This document shows, piece by piece, positions 1 through 10,008 of a stretch of 64,000 bases of DNA. The translations under genes were made by a program, and so were the position numbers. Position 1 is the stretch's first letter; every line of letters starts with the position of its first letter. The DNA comes from Fusibacter sp. JL216-2 (GTDB lineage: Bacteria; Bacillota; Clostridia; Peptostreptococcales; Acidaminobacteraceae): the NCBI RefSeq assembly GCF_050596425.1, contig NZ_CP192292.1, positions 1,287,987 through 1,351,986 of the forward strand, read 5' to 3'. Below the pieces are notes generated by a model that did no database searches, was not told the DNA's origin, and saw nothing but the letters and a program-made list of their open reading frames with translations.

Positions 1-1
1 T

Positions 2-1123
2 CCTGACAATGCATTTCGTGTTCATGAAATCGTTCCACTTGTTCCGCTATCAGAGTATTTTTCTGAAGATGAGCTTGCTGCTTATCGCTTGGAGTTTTTA
101 GAGGAAGGACAATTTATTACAGACAATAAGTTTTATATTATGCCCATTGCAAAATCATCTGAGAACTTATATGTCAATAAGACAGCTTGGGAGACATTTG
201 CCAAAGAACATAACTTCACCACCGATGACCTGAGCACGTGGGAGGGAATATACAATGTTGCACAGACCTATTATAATGAAAGTGGAAAGGGTTTTTATGG
301 TCTGGATGCACTGGCAAACTACATCATCGTTTCATCGAAACAACTAAACGAACCTCTTTACACCTATTCAGAAGATGGTACCGCACAGTTTCATATAAGT
401 GAAAAACTTGGTAAGAAAATATGGAATTATTATTATAGACCCCACATACAGGGCTACTATATCAAGTCAGGGCGGTTCAGTTCTGATGATGCCAAAACTG
501 GGGCAGTGCTCTCTTATACTGGTTCAACCGCAGGTGCCCCGTATTTCCCTAAAAATGTTGTTGTCGATGAAGATCAAACCATGCATATTGAACCTTTAGT
601 GCTTCCTTATCCGTATTTTGAAAATGGAGATAAGGTTTCCATACAGCAGGGGGCAGGCATGTCTATCACTAGAAGTGACAAGGCCCATGAATATGCATCA
701 GCTCTATTTTTAAAATGGTTCACTCAGACAGAGAACAACCTGAGATTTGCAGTTTCAACAGGGTATTATCCATCAAAAAATGAAGCACTTGATGGAGAAA
801 AAATATTAGAAGTGGCACAATTAAATGATGCCACTCAGGGTGCAATCATCGAGTCTATTAAGGCTTCGACCGTCATGTTTAATGAATATAAGTTATATAA
901 CAACAAACCCTTTAAGGGAAGTTATAAGATGCGCGTGTTGCTGGACACATTCTTACTTGAAAAAATTCAGTCAGATCTGATTTTACTGGAACAAAGGGTT
1001 GAGTCTGGTGAGAACAGAGAGGCTGTTATTGAAAGTATGACTTCAGAAAGCGCCTATAATAAGTGGATGGAAGAGTTGTCGGCTGAGGCGGATAAAATTC
1101 TGAGAAATGTGGGAAATGAGTAG
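2..1123 (+). CDS. extracellular solute-binding protein (ABC transporter, family 1-like), 5'-truncated at window edge
   Basis: Frame is open from nt 2 with no upstream stop. The sequence composition fits a sugar/solute-binding protein. It ends 2 nt before the next gene. Confidence 0.45.
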   Translation, partial: PDNAFRVHEIVPLVPLSEYFSEDELAAYRLEFLEEGQFITDNKFYIMPIAKSSENLYVNKTAWETFAKEHNFTTDDLSTWEGIYNVAQTYYNESGKGFYGLDALANYIIVSSKQLNEPLYTYSEDGTAQFHISEKLGKKIWNYYYRPHIQGYYIKSGRFSSDDAKTGAVLSYTGSTAGAPYFPKNVVVDEDQTMHIEPLVLPYPYFENGDKVSIQQGAGMSITRSDKAHEYASALFLKWFTQTENNLRFAVSTGYYPSKNEALDGEKILEVAQLNDATQGAIIESIKASTVMFNEYKLYNNKPFKGSYKMRVLLDTFLLEKIQSDLILLEQRVESGENREAVIESMTSESAYNKWMEELSAEADKILRNVGNE

Positions 1124-1125
1124 CT

Positions 1126-3219
1126 ATGTTCAAAATGAAATCATCTAAGTCATCAATTGTAAATCGACTGACGCGGTCTATAGTGCTTATAATTGTATTA
1201 CAGACCATTATTTTGGGTGCCATTCTAATTGGTGGCGGCGTCATTCGACAAGCAAATTTGAACGCATATCAGCTTTTTCATGATAAGGTGACAAATCGAA
1301 AGTATTATATTGAAACTGAAATGAAGAATAAATGGATCAATTTTGATCCTTACCTTAAAAACATAAAATACAGTCTAGAGGAAGAGTATTCTTTAAATGA
1401 ATCTATCACTCAAGAGCTTATTGATGTCATTAGAAACACCAGGGTTACAGGTGCCTACCTTATGTTGCTCCCGAGTAATGGAATCGAAGCACATTTGCCA
1501 TCCATATATTTAAGGGATTATGATCCCATAATGAATAGTTACGCTTATGATGATATATATATGGTCGCTGGTCCAGCTGAATTGGCAAAGCGTTTTAACA
1601 TGCCACTAGACCAACTTTGGCGTCCTTATTTTAATGTTGAAGATGGACATGCAGACTTTCTGAAAAAGCCATATGACAGTACTATGGTCACATCAAGGGT
1701 TGATCTGCTCGGCTACTGGAGCAAGCCCTTTAATTTGGAAGAAGGCGATATAGATGTCATAACCTATTCCATCCCATTTTTGAACACTGAGGGGGATGTT
1801 ATAGGCATCATGGGCATAGAAATATCCTTAAGTTACTTATATGATTTCTTGCCAACCAATGAATTGCAACCTCAAGATTCACTGGGATACTTAATCGCAT
1901 ACAGGTCAAATGAGACGGCACCCCTTAGACCAATTGTTATGAATGGGGCCCTACAAAAGCGAATGATTCAGGAAAATGAAGCTCTAAGTTTAGATAGTGT
2001 CAATCCTTCTATGAATTTGTTTCAACTAACCAATCATTTGGGAAGTGAAAATATATATATGGTCACTGAAAAAATAGGCCTATATAAGAATAACACCCCC
2101 TTTGAAAATGAAGAGTGGTTTTTGGTGGGTATAATGCGAGAAGACCACCTGCTAAGTTATAGCAATCGGATTAAGCAAATACTTTGGGGAGGCCTTTTGC
2201 TTGCGATCCTCATTGGGACCACAGGGGGCATTTTGGTTAGTTATCAGATGACAAGACCTATAGTAACCCTAGCTGAACAAGTGAAGAGATCTGGTGGGCG
2301 AAACCTCTTCGAATTCGATAGAACGGGTTTTGATGAACTTGATGAACTTTCTTCTGCGATTGAACGCGCCCATGAAATGTCGGTGGAATCTGCGTCAAGA
2401 CTTTCAAAGATTGTCAATATGACAGAGGTGCCTATTGCCGCTTATGAAATTGATAAAGAAAGTAGAACCTTCTCTGTGACAACCAATTTTGGAAAAATTA
2501 TAAGCCAGGACCACATAGAATCAGTCACCTATGAGGCGTTTATAAAGGCGCTGGAAAGTAAGCTGATTAAAGTTGATGGAGAGCCTGACATTTTTAAAGT
2601 TATATCAAAGAAGGACAAGTGGATAAGACATCGCCGGTCTGAAACAGACAATATGATCATTGGAGCGATCGTCGATGTGACGCAAGAATTTATGGAGAAA
2701 AAACGCATTGAACACGAACGAGATCATGACCATTTGACAAACATACTTAACCGCAAGGGCTTTGAATGGGAGTTTGAGGCATGGTATGCGAGGGCGGTAC
2801 AAAACACATGTGCCCTCATCATGTTTGATCTGGACAATTTAAAATCTGTCAACGATCAGTTTGGACACGAATGGGGAGACAAGTACATTGTAACCTTTGT
2901 AAAGTCTCTAATGACCATAGGACCATCTGATAAATCAATTGTGGGTAGAAGGTCTGGGGATGAGTTTGTATGCCTTCTTTATAACTATGATTCAAAGGAT
3001 GCGGTTCGGAAAATTTTAAGTGATTTTTATGAGAAATTAAGTAGTGAACCCTTGGTCTTTCCTAATGGGACGCAAAGACCCGTGGGTGTGTCGGGAGGGC
3101 TTATATGGATAGAAGATCACTCTCTTGAATACAAGACACTCCTCCACAAGGCTGATGAAGCTCTGTATCATGCCAAAGCATCAGATAAGGGCATGTATTA
3201 TGAAAGTCAAAACATATGA
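1126..3219 (+). CDS. membrane sensor protein with Cache-like periplasmic region, PAS and a degenerate GGDEF domain (RSGDEF)
   Basis: N-terminal TM, second TM around aa 345-370, C-terminal GGDEF fold whose motif reads SGDEF rather than GG(D/E)EF. Confidence 0.75.
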   Translation: MFKMKSSKSSIVNRLTRSIVLIIVLQTIILGAILIGGGVIRQANLNAYQLFHDKVTNRKYYIETEMKNKWINFDPYLKNIKYSLEEEYSLNESITQELIDVIRNTRVTGAYLMLLPSNGIEAHLPSIYLRDYDPIMNSYAYDDIYMVAGPAELAKRFNMPLDQLWRPYFNVEDGHADFLKKPYDSTMVTSRVDLLGYWSKPFNLEEGDIDVITYSIPFLNTEGDVIGIMGIEISLSYLYDFLPTNELQPQDSLGYLIAYRSNETAPLRPIVMNGALQKRMIQENEALSLDSVNPSMNLFQLTNHLGSENIYMVTEKIGLYKNNTPFENEEWFLVGIMREDHLLSYSNRIKQILWGGLLLAILIGTTGGILVSYQMTRPIVTLAEQVKRSGGRNLFEFDRTGFDELDELSSAIERAHEMSVESASRLSKIVNMTEVPIAAYEIDKESRTFSVTTNFGKIISQDHIESVTYEAFIKALESKLIKVDGEPDIFKVISKKDKWIRHRRSETDNMIIGAIVDVTQEFMEKKRIEHERDHDHLTNILNRKGFEWEFEAWYARAVQNTCALIMFDLDNLKSVNDQFGHEWGDKYIVTFVKSLMTIGPSDKSIVGRRSGDEFVCLLYNYDSKDAVRKILSDFYEKLSSEPLVFPNGTQRPVGVSGGLIWIEDHSLEYKTLLHKADEALYHAKASDKGMYYESQNI

Positions 3220-3232
3220 TGCAAATACGCTG

Positions 3233-3287
3233 AAAAGCCCCAGGTAATAATCAAATGACCTTGATATTTACCGGGGGTTTTCATTTT
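3233..3287 (+). terminator. possible intrinsic terminator after the GGDEF sensor gene (long-loop hairpin)
   Basis: AAAAGCCCCAGGTAA...TTACCGGGGGTTTTCATTTT. Confidence 0.35.
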
Positions 3288-3359
3288 ACAAGGCTTAAAA
3301 AGTTAACCCTTGACTCTGGATCAACTCCAGGGTTTATACTGTACTCAGAGGTGATATAA

Positions 3360-4127
3360 ATGAAGAAATCTCTTTCTGATAAGGGATATATTTCCATTGG
3401 TCATGCGTCAAAGCTGCTCAATATGTCCATCGACACAATTCGATACTATGAAAAAATTGATTTGATACCGCCAATAAAAAGAAGAGACAGTGGTTATCGA
3501 AAGCTTGATTTTACTGACCTGCTTCATTTGAAAGGCATTGCCTACCTGAGGCAGTGTGGTCTTTCTACTGATGAAATTAAAAGTCTCTTTTCAAAACCAG
3601 AATCAAAAGACCAGGTCATAACAAAAGCTCTTAAAGAACTCGATCATAAAATATCAGCACTGCAAGCGTCTAAGTCATTTCTACTCGAAGCCAGAGCAGA
3701 ACTCCAAAACTTCGAAAAAAGCAAAAAAATGTATGCATCCGAAAGCATAAATCAAAGGTTTGTGCCGCTTTCTACCAGAGCATTTTCTCTGAAAGATTAC
3801 TTGGAAAGTGATGACATAGCGTGGCTAATTCCAATTGATGACGAGAATTTAGAGCTTGTACAAGGTCAGTTCGTTAAAGACGATACAAAAGAAAGTGAGC
3901 AGGTTAAAGACACGCTCTATTTGACAAAAAGTTTTGAGTTTACAAATGATGATGACGTAGAAGATGAAATCTATGCCCTTGTAAAATATGCCCTTGAAAG
4001 GGGACATAAGATTGCAAGCCAGGTGTTTTTAACGATTTATAGCAGGTCGTCCTGCTTCACAGGCATTTCTCTTGCAGGCAAACTTTTCTTAGAAATTGAA
4101 AAGGAGGGACATGGAAGTGCAGATTAG
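3360..4127 (+). CDS. MerR-family transcriptional regulator with C-terminal effector domain
   Basis: N-terminal MerR HTH (ISIGHASKLLNMSIDTIRYYEKIDLI...RDSGYRKL). Confidence 0.8.
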   Translation: MKKSLSDKGYISIGHASKLLNMSIDTIRYYEKIDLIPPIKRRDSGYRKLDFTDLLHLKGIAYLRQCGLSTDEIKSLFSKPESKDQVITKALKELDHKISALQASKSFLLEARAELQNFEKSKKMYASESINQRFVPLSTRAFSLKDYLESDDIAWLIPIDDENLELVQGQFVKDDTKESEQVKDTLYLTKSFEFTNDDDVEDEIYALVKYALERGHKIASQVFLTIYSRSSCFTGISLAGKLFLEIEKEGHGSAD

Positions 4128-4677
4128 AAAAGGTTTTGATGAGAAGGATAGGTCACAAGCGACAGCTATATACCTTAATGCTTTTAAAAGAAAATTTGAA
4201 AATCTAATTGGCGAAGAAAAGCTGATTCAGGGTCTGTTTGAAAAAGCCCTTGACCCGACGTACTGTGTATGTGCCTATGAGGATGATAAAATAATTGGAA
4301 TTGCGGGATTTCATGAAGGCAGTCATGGATTTGTAGACATCAAATACGGAGATTTTATCAAGATGTTTGGTTGGTTTTATGGCACTTGGAAAGCGGTCAT
4401 AACCGATACGCTCTTCACAAGAAAGCCCTCATCCACCGATGTGTTTTTAATGGATGGCATTGCTGTAGATTCCAACTATCGGGGGCTGGGCGTTGGTAGC
4501 AAATTGTTTGACGCTCTTATAAGTTATGGACAGTCCACAGGATATAAATATATTCAGCTGGATGTGATTGATGAAAACCCAAGAGCCAAAGCCCTATATG
4601 AGAGACTTGGTTTTGAAAAAAATCCTATGAGAGAGTGTCTAGTTTGTTCTCAGATCGTATTGGAGTGTCTGGTGTGA
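4111..4677 (+). CDS. GNAT family N-acetyltransferase
   Basis: AAGGAGGG RBS then ATG at 4111. Acetyl-CoA motif RGLGVGSKLF. The longer ORF called from 4096 overlaps the MerR gene. Confidence 0.8.
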   Translation: MEVQIRKGFDEKDRSQATAIYLNAFKRKFENLIGEEKLIQGLFEKALDPTYCVCAYEDDKIIGIAGFHEGSHGFVDIKYGDFIKMFGWFYGTWKAVITDTLFTRKPSSTDVFLMDGIAVDSNYRGLGVGSKLFDALISYGQSTGYKYIQLDVIDENPRAKALYERLGFEKNPMRECLVCSQIVLECLV

Positions 4678-4707
4678 CCACTATGGTAAAAGAATTGTAG
4701 GGAGCCT

Positions 4708-5736
4708 ATGAAAAAAATAGCAATACTCGGTCTAGTAATAGGACTTTTAATGATGTTATTTGTATTTGATCGACTAGAAAATTTTCAAATTGCATATGGG
4801 TCGGCGGAAGAAATAAGCTTTACAAGTTCAGGACACAAGCTTTCAGGGACCCTGTATTTGCCGGATTCTCCGCCCCCATATAACGTGGTTTTTTTTATAC
4901 ATGGGGATGGCCCCAAAGACAGGACATCAAATGGAGATTACGTCTTCATTATGAACCACTTGCTTGATGAAGGCCTAGCCTGTTTTTCCTATGATAAAGC
5001 AGGGGTAGGGGGCTCGCAGGGAAATTGGCTAGAACAAACAATGAAGGACAGGGCCATAGAGGTCGAACGTGCCTTAGAGGTTCTAAAGGACAGACCTTCA
5101 GTTCATAAAGTAGGACTGCTGGCGTTTTCTCAAGGGGGCTGGGTCATTTCTGAAATAGCCCAGTCTAAGGCAGACTCTGACTACATGGTTCTTGTTGGTG
5201 GTGCTATTGACTGGCTTGATCAACACATGTATTATGAGTCAAAGTTTGCACAGACAATGACCTATACGGAGACTGAGAGAAAAGCCTATCTTGACTATGT
5301 TAAAACCTATGACAAGTTTATTGTAGAAAACGACTATAAGGCATACAAGGCTTATGTGTCTAAGTTTGACTATGATAGCCCCATGTCTAGGGAGCGCTTC
5401 AACTTTGCCCACATAAATTCTGGGGCCAATGCGACATCGGGGATTGACCATATTAATGTGCCCTTCTTAGGTTTGTTCGGTGAAGATGATCAAAATGTAG
5501 ATGTTCAAAACAGCTATAAAACTTACAAAGAAATTTTTGACCAGAGGGGCAAGGCTGATTATAAGCTTATTATTTTTCCAGAAGCCAGCCATAGTCTTTT
5601 AAGAAGCCAGTATGAAGGCAATGAAAATAGGCTTATAGCCCATAGCATTCTCTTTGGGGATAAAATTTTCGTCAGGGACTATCTTCAGACCCTTAGTGAA
5701 TGGATCATTCAGCAGGAGGGCTCCAGTAAAAAGTGA
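4708..5736 (+). CDS. secreted/membrane-anchored alpha/beta hydrolase (dienelactone hydrolase / peptidase S9-like)
   Basis: Signal/TM at the N-terminus, HGDGP oxyanion region, nucleophile elbow AFSQGGW. Confidence 0.7.
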   Translation: MKKIAILGLVIGLLMMLFVFDRLENFQIAYGSAEEISFTSSGHKLSGTLYLPDSPPPYNVVFFIHGDGPKDRTSNGDYVFIMNHLLDEGLACFSYDKAGVGGSQGNWLEQTMKDRAIEVERALEVLKDRPSVHKVGLLAFSQGGWVISEIAQSKADSDYMVLVGGAIDWLDQHMYYESKFAQTMTYTETERKAYLDYVKTYDKFIVENDYKAYKAYVSKFDYDSPMSRERFNFAHINSGANATSGIDHINVPFLGLFGEDDQNVDVQNSYKTYKEIFDQRGKADYKLIIFPEASHSLLRSQYEGNENRLIAHSILFGDKIFVRDYLQTLSEWIIQQEGSSKK

Positions 5737-5756
5737 ATCGACTCTGTCGACAGTAT

Positions 5757-5792
5757 AAAGCGATGCTGTTTATTAAAACAGCATCGCTTTAT
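5757..5792 (+). terminator. hairpin terminator after the hydrolase gene
   Basis: AAGCGATGCTGTTTTA / TAAAACAGCATCGCTT perfect stem; T-tail weak. Confidence 0.5.
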
Positions 5793-5853
5793 GTCCAGAA
5801 ATCTTGTACAATATAAGCATCATTTACAAGTGCATCATCTCTGGAGGACACTG

Positions 5854-6705
5854 ATGAAAAATAAAAATACGAGTCTTTTAGAAATACATCTGGCCGTTTT
5901 ACTTTTTGGCGTCTCAGGTTTATTTGGAAAACTTTTGGCCCTGCCATCCATGATCATTGTTCTTGGCCGAGTCTTTTTTTCAAGCACTTTTCTACTTATT
6001 CTGATTTGTGTCTTAAAGAAAGATATGAGGCTAAAGGAAAGAAAGCATTACTTGTACTTGATTATACTTGGGGGCGTTCTTGCCATACACTGGACCAGTT
6101 TTTTTGAAGCCATTAAGGTATCCACAGTGGCTATTGGGCTATTAACGTTTTCCACATTTCCTGTCTTTGTCACCTTTATGGAACCCTTGTTTTTTAAAGA
6201 AAAGATTAGACTGTCAGACGTGATTATAGCCATTGTTGCTTTTGGTGGAGTCATCCTTGTCATTCCAAAGTTTACAGTGGAGAGTGCTGCCGCACAAGGT
6301 GCGCTTTGGGGCATACTCTCTGGCTTCACCTATGCAATTTTGTCTATATTAAATAGAAAGTACGTTAAAGACTATTCCAGTACAGTGATTGCCTTTTACG
6401 AGCAGATTATTGCAACTGTTTTACTGATGCCTTTTATATTTGTAGAAAGTCCCGCTATTAGTATGAGAGACATTGCTCTACTTATACTACTGGGAACGGT
6501 ATTTACGGGGATTTCCCACACACTTTTTATAAATGGACTTAAGAATGTCAAGACCCAGGCAGCTGGCATAATTTCAACCCTAGAACCCGTTTATGGTATA
6601 GTGTTTGCCACTATCCTATTGGGAGAAATCCCTTCCATGAGGGAGTTGCTTGGTGGTGCGATTATTTTGAGCACTGTTTTTTATTCAACTGTAAAATCCA
6701 AGTGA
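5854..6705 (+). CDS. EamA/DMT family transporter
   Basis: Ten predicted TM helices and two EamA repeats. I chose the start at the second ATG (GGAGGA RBS), because the longer ORF from 5791 overlaps the upstream terminator hairpin. Confidence 0.8.
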   Translation: MKNKNTSLLEIHLAVLLFGVSGLFGKLLALPSMIIVLGRVFFSSTFLLILICVLKKDMRLKERKHYLYLIILGGVLAIHWTSFFEAIKVSTVAIGLLTFSTFPVFVTFMEPLFFKEKIRLSDVIIAIVAFGGVILVIPKFTVESAAAQGALWGILSGFTYAILSILNRKYVKDYSSTVIAFYEQIIATVLLMPFIFVESPAISMRDIALLILLGTVFTGISHTLFINGLKNVKTQAAGIISTLEPVYGIVFATILLGEIPSMRELLGGAIILSTVFYSTVKSK

Positions 6706-6750
6706 TAAAAGAGAATATTCAAATCAGAATAAACAAACTCAAATAAATGA

Positions 6751-6791
6751 GCCCCTTATTTTCTCACATGAAAATAGGGGCATTTTTATTT
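6751..6791 (+). terminator. intrinsic terminator after the EamA gene
   Basis: GCCCCTTATTTT...AAAATAGGGGC followed by ATTTTTATTT. Confidence 0.6.
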
Positions 6792-6930
6792 GGGATGGTA
6801 AATCCTACGGTCTTACTAAGATATAATTTAATTCGATATGTAAAAAAATGAAATAGAATACTTTTATTAGACTTTATCAGTCCAACTCACTTATAATGAC
6901 GATGATATTTGTAAAGAATTGATCTTAACT

Positions 6931-7048
6931 GAGCGACATGCAAAATATCATTCAAGGAGCCTCGGTCTACACTATATAGATATATAAGAATGAAAAATTC
7001 TATATAAGGCATGGCGAAGGCATAGATCTGTAGTTTTGCTAGTGCCTG
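6931..7048. repeat. nested-palindromic intergenic repeat, copy A (about 118 bp)
   Basis: Left arm GAGCGACATGCAAAATATCATTCAAGGAGCCTCGG, core TATATAGATATATAAGAATGAAAAATTCTATATA, degenerate right arm. Lies 45 bp upstream of the DUF523 gene. Confidence 0.7.
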
Positions 7049-7092
7049 ATTAAGAAATACGGAAATAAAGCAAATGGCAATGGGGTGAGTCT

Positions 7093-7647
7093 ATGAAGCG
7101 AAGCAAGGAAATAATATTGGTGTCGCACTGTATTTTGAATGCCAATTCTAAGGTTGAGGGTCTGAGCGAATATTCAGGCATGGTTAAAGAACTTGTAAGT
7201 TTAATCTTTGAAAGAGGGGCTGGCCTGGTTCAATTACCGTGTCCTGAAATGCATGTTTATGGAATCAGAAGGTGGGGACATGTCAAAGAACAGTTTGACA
7301 CACCGCATTTTAGACAGGAATCAAGAAAAATTCTGAGCCCCCTTGTAGATCAAGTTGAAGACTACATAAAAAACGGATACCGCGTTCTGGCCGTGATTGG
7401 TATAGACGGGAGTCCAAGTTGTGGGGTCTTTAAGACTTGTAGCGGCAACTGGAGGGGGGAGCTTTCAACAAGTGAAGGCCTTGAAGACATGCTCAGTCAT
7501 GTTTCATTGATTGAAGAACCTGGTGTGTTTATGGAAGAGCTTCAGAACCTCTTTATAAATAGAAAACTGGATATACCATTCATCGCTCTTGACGAAATGA
7601 ATATGTCTAGTGGCATGGAAAAAATACAAAGTATACTTAGATCCTAG
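7093..7647 (+). CDS. DUF523 (TudS-like, putative [4Fe-4S] thio-nucleobase desulfidase family) protein
   Basis: VSHCILNANSKVEG and LPCPE...GIDGSPSCG cysteine motifs typical of DUF523. Confidence 0.6.
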   Translation: MKRSKEIILVSHCILNANSKVEGLSEYSGMVKELVSLIFERGAGLVQLPCPEMHVYGIRRWGHVKEQFDTPHFRQESRKILSPLVDQVEDYIKNGYRVLAVIGIDGSPSCGVFKTCSGNWRGELSTSEGLEDMLSHVSLIEEPGVFMEELQNLFINRKLDIPFIALDEMNMSSGMEKIQSILRS

Positions 7648-7657
7648 GGGGAAGAAA

Positions 7658-8479
7658 ATGTTACAGCAATTAAAAAAAGTGGGTTTGTTTGCATTGATCA
7701 TGGCATGTGTTTTGACGCTTGCCGCTTGCACGGGTTCAAATAGTGAAGTGTCGGCGAGTGGGAACGAAAATCAAGTCGAGGACCTGTCCTGGTCAAAGAT
7801 TGAAGAAAAGAATGAATTGGTGGTAGGTCTATGTGCAGCATATCCACCATTTGAATCAAGAAATGAAGAAACAGGAGATCTTGAAGGCTTTGACATTGAT
7901 CTTGCAACAGCTCTTGGTCAGGCTTTAGAAACACCTGTGAAGGTTGAAGACGCTGAGTGGCAAGCCCTTCTTGGGGGACTAAATAAAGGTGATTTTGACG
8001 TTTTGATCACTTGCATGTCTAAAAAAGAAGCTGCTGTTGAAAATGTGAACATGAGTGATGTATATTACAATTTGAACGATGTCATTGTTGTTCGAGAAGG
8101 CTACGACGCCATTCAATCAAAAGACGATCTAAAGGAAAAAACAGTGGGCGTTCAGCTTGGATCGGGTAGTGAGCAGATCGTTGATAAAATGGAAGGTCTT
8201 AAAGAAATCAAACGATACAATTACAATCCAGAAGCCTTTATTGATTTAAAACATGAAAGACTTGATGCGGTTGTTGTTGGTTATGCGTATGCAGTGAACC
8301 ATATCAAAAAAGAAGGTGGCTTTGAAGTTGTCGACACACCTGTTGAATCAGCGGAAATCGTTATGGTTATGCGTCATGGAGAGGATGCTTTGACTGAGAA
8401 AGTGAATGAAGCCCTTCAAGCTGTTAAAGAAAACGGTGCCTATGACCAAGCCATCAGCAAATGGCTAGAAGTGAAATAA
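7658..8479 (+). CDS. polar amino-acid ABC transporter substrate-binding lipoprotein
   Basis: Lipobox LAACTG and SBP_bac_3-like sequence. I chose the start at the ATG after a GGGGGAAG RBS. Confidence 0.85.
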   Translation: MLQQLKKVGLFALIMACVLTLAACTGSNSEVSASGNENQVEDLSWSKIEEKNELVVGLCAAYPPFESRNEETGDLEGFDIDLATALGQALETPVKVEDAEWQALLGGLNKGDFDVLITCMSKKEAAVENVNMSDVYYNLNDVIVVREGYDAIQSKDDLKEKTVGVQLGSGSEQIVDKMEGLKEIKRYNYNPEAFIDLKHERLDAVVVGYAYAVNHIKKEGGFEVVDTPVESAEIVMVMRHGEDALTEKVNEALQAVKENGAYDQAISKWLEVK

Positions 8480-8532
8480 TGAATTGGAATAAGGGTGAAC
8501 CTTGGTTTGCCCTTTCTTTATTGTAAGGGAGC

Positions 8533-9201
8533 TTGCCATTGAAATTTCATATAATATTTGATAATCTCACATATTTATTAAGAGCAACAGGTGTTACGGT
8601 GAAAATTACATTGTATGCATTTATCGTGGCAGTATTCTTGGCCTTTTGCATAGGCACTTTGAGATCAAGAAAGAATTTAGCACCGATTATAAGCTGGATG
8701 CTTTCATTTTACATAGAAGTTTTCAGGGGCACGCCACTGCTTATACAGTTGTTTTTTATATACTATGGTTTGCCATCTATTGGACTCAACATGTCCAGTT
8801 TTACAGCCGCTGTTGTGGGCTTGTCCTTAAACAGTGCCGCATACATGGCTGAAATAATACGGGCCAGTCTGTTATCGGTGGATAAGGGGCAGGAAAAAGC
8901 GGCTTATGTCCTGGGGTATTCTAATTTACAAACTCTGTTTCACATTATATATCCTCAAGCCATTCGCATAGCCCTTCCATCACTTATGAATGCATTTTCA
9001 ACCTTGCTCAAGGAGAGTTCTTTAATTTCTGTCTTGGCCATTACTGAGTTAACCCGTAGTGGTCAACTGATCTACACAAGGACGTATAGGGCTTTTGAGA
9101 TTTATTTGACACTGGGACTGATATATTTTCTGCTGACATACTCAGTTTCACAAATATCCAAACAAATTGAAAAGCGAGTCAGTATAGCCTACGAAGATTA
9201 G
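8533..9201 (+). CDS. amino-acid ABC transporter permease (His/Glu/Gln/Arg/opine family)
   Basis: EAA-loop permease motifs. TTG start behind AAGGGA. Confidence 0.8.
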   Translation: MPLKFHIIFDNLTYLLRATGVTVKITLYAFIVAVFLAFCIGTLRSRKNLAPIISWMLSFYIEVFRGTPLLIQLFFIYYGLPSIGLNMSSFTAAVVGLSLNSAAYMAEIIRASLLSVDKGQEKAAYVLGYSNLQTLFHIIYPQAIRIALPSLMNAFSTLLKESSLISVLAITELTRSGQLIYTRTYRAFEIYLTLGLIYFLLTYSVSQISKQIEKRVSIAYED

Positions 9202-9210
9202 GAGGTTTTC

Positions 9211-9945
9211 ATGAGGCGTAACCCCGTTTTATCCATACAGGGCTTGAATAAAAGCTTTGATGACCTCCATGTCTTGAAGAATGTTGATATGGAAATTTAC
9301 AGTGGAGACACAGTGGCCATCATCGGTTCAAGTGGTTCTGGAAAAAGCACACTATTACGATGTATATCAAACCTAGAACAAGCCGACAAAGGGTCTATTG
9401 TTTTAGCGGGCACTAGTATTGATGCCCTAAGGTGCGATAGAACCCGGAGTCAAAAGGTGGGGATGGTCTTTCAGCACTTTAATTTGTTCCCGCATTATTC
9501 AGTGGTTGAAAACATTTATAAACCGCTTGTAGCTGTACAAAAAATGCCAAAAGATGAGGCCATTAAAATTGCAAATCAACTCCTTGAAAAAGTAAGATTG
9601 ATGGACAAGACAAGTGCATTCCCACAGCAGTTATCGGGTGGGCAACAGCAACGTGTTGCCATAGCCCGCGCCCTTGCTATGAAACCAGAAATAATGCTAT
9701 TTGATGAACCCACATCAGCCCTTGATCCAGAACTCAAAGGCGAAGTTTTGCAAGCAATACGAGACTTGACCCGTGAAGGCATTACAATGATTGTTGTGAC
9801 CCATGAAATGGAGTTTGCTAGGCAAGTGGCTGATCGAGTTGTATATATGGATGAAGGCAAAGTTATTGAAGAAGGCGAAACCGAGACGTTTTTTATGTCC
9901 CCTCAAAATGAGCGGACTGTTCAGTTTTTAAACAAGTCATCATAG
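9211..9945 (+). CDS. amino-acid ABC transporter ATP-binding protein (GlnQ-like)
   Basis: Walker A GSSGSGKST, signature [15 protein letters not shown], Walker [12 protein letters not shown]. Confidence 0.9.
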   Translation: MRRNPVLSIQGLNKSFDDLHVLKNVDMEIYSGDTVAIIGSSGSGKSTLLRCISNLEQADKGSIVLAGTSIDALRCDRTRSQKVGMVFQHFNLFPHYSVVENIYKPLVAVQKMPKDEAIKIANQLLEKVRLMDKTSAFPQQLSGGQQQRVAIARALAMKPEIMLFDEPTSALDPELKGEVLQAIRDLTREGITMIVVTHEMEFARQVADRVVYMDEGKVIEEGETETFFMSPQNERTVQFLNKSS

Positions 9946-10008
9946 GAAAAGAAGAAATAAGTATGAATAGGTAGAATTGTTACTGATTTAAGTTTGAGGA
10001 GGTATTAT

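Noticed and set aside
5791-5853. Longer N-terminus for the EamA transporter starting at 5791
   Set aside because: It would begin inside the upstream terminator hairpin and lacks an RBS. The ATG at 5854 has a GGAGGA RBS.
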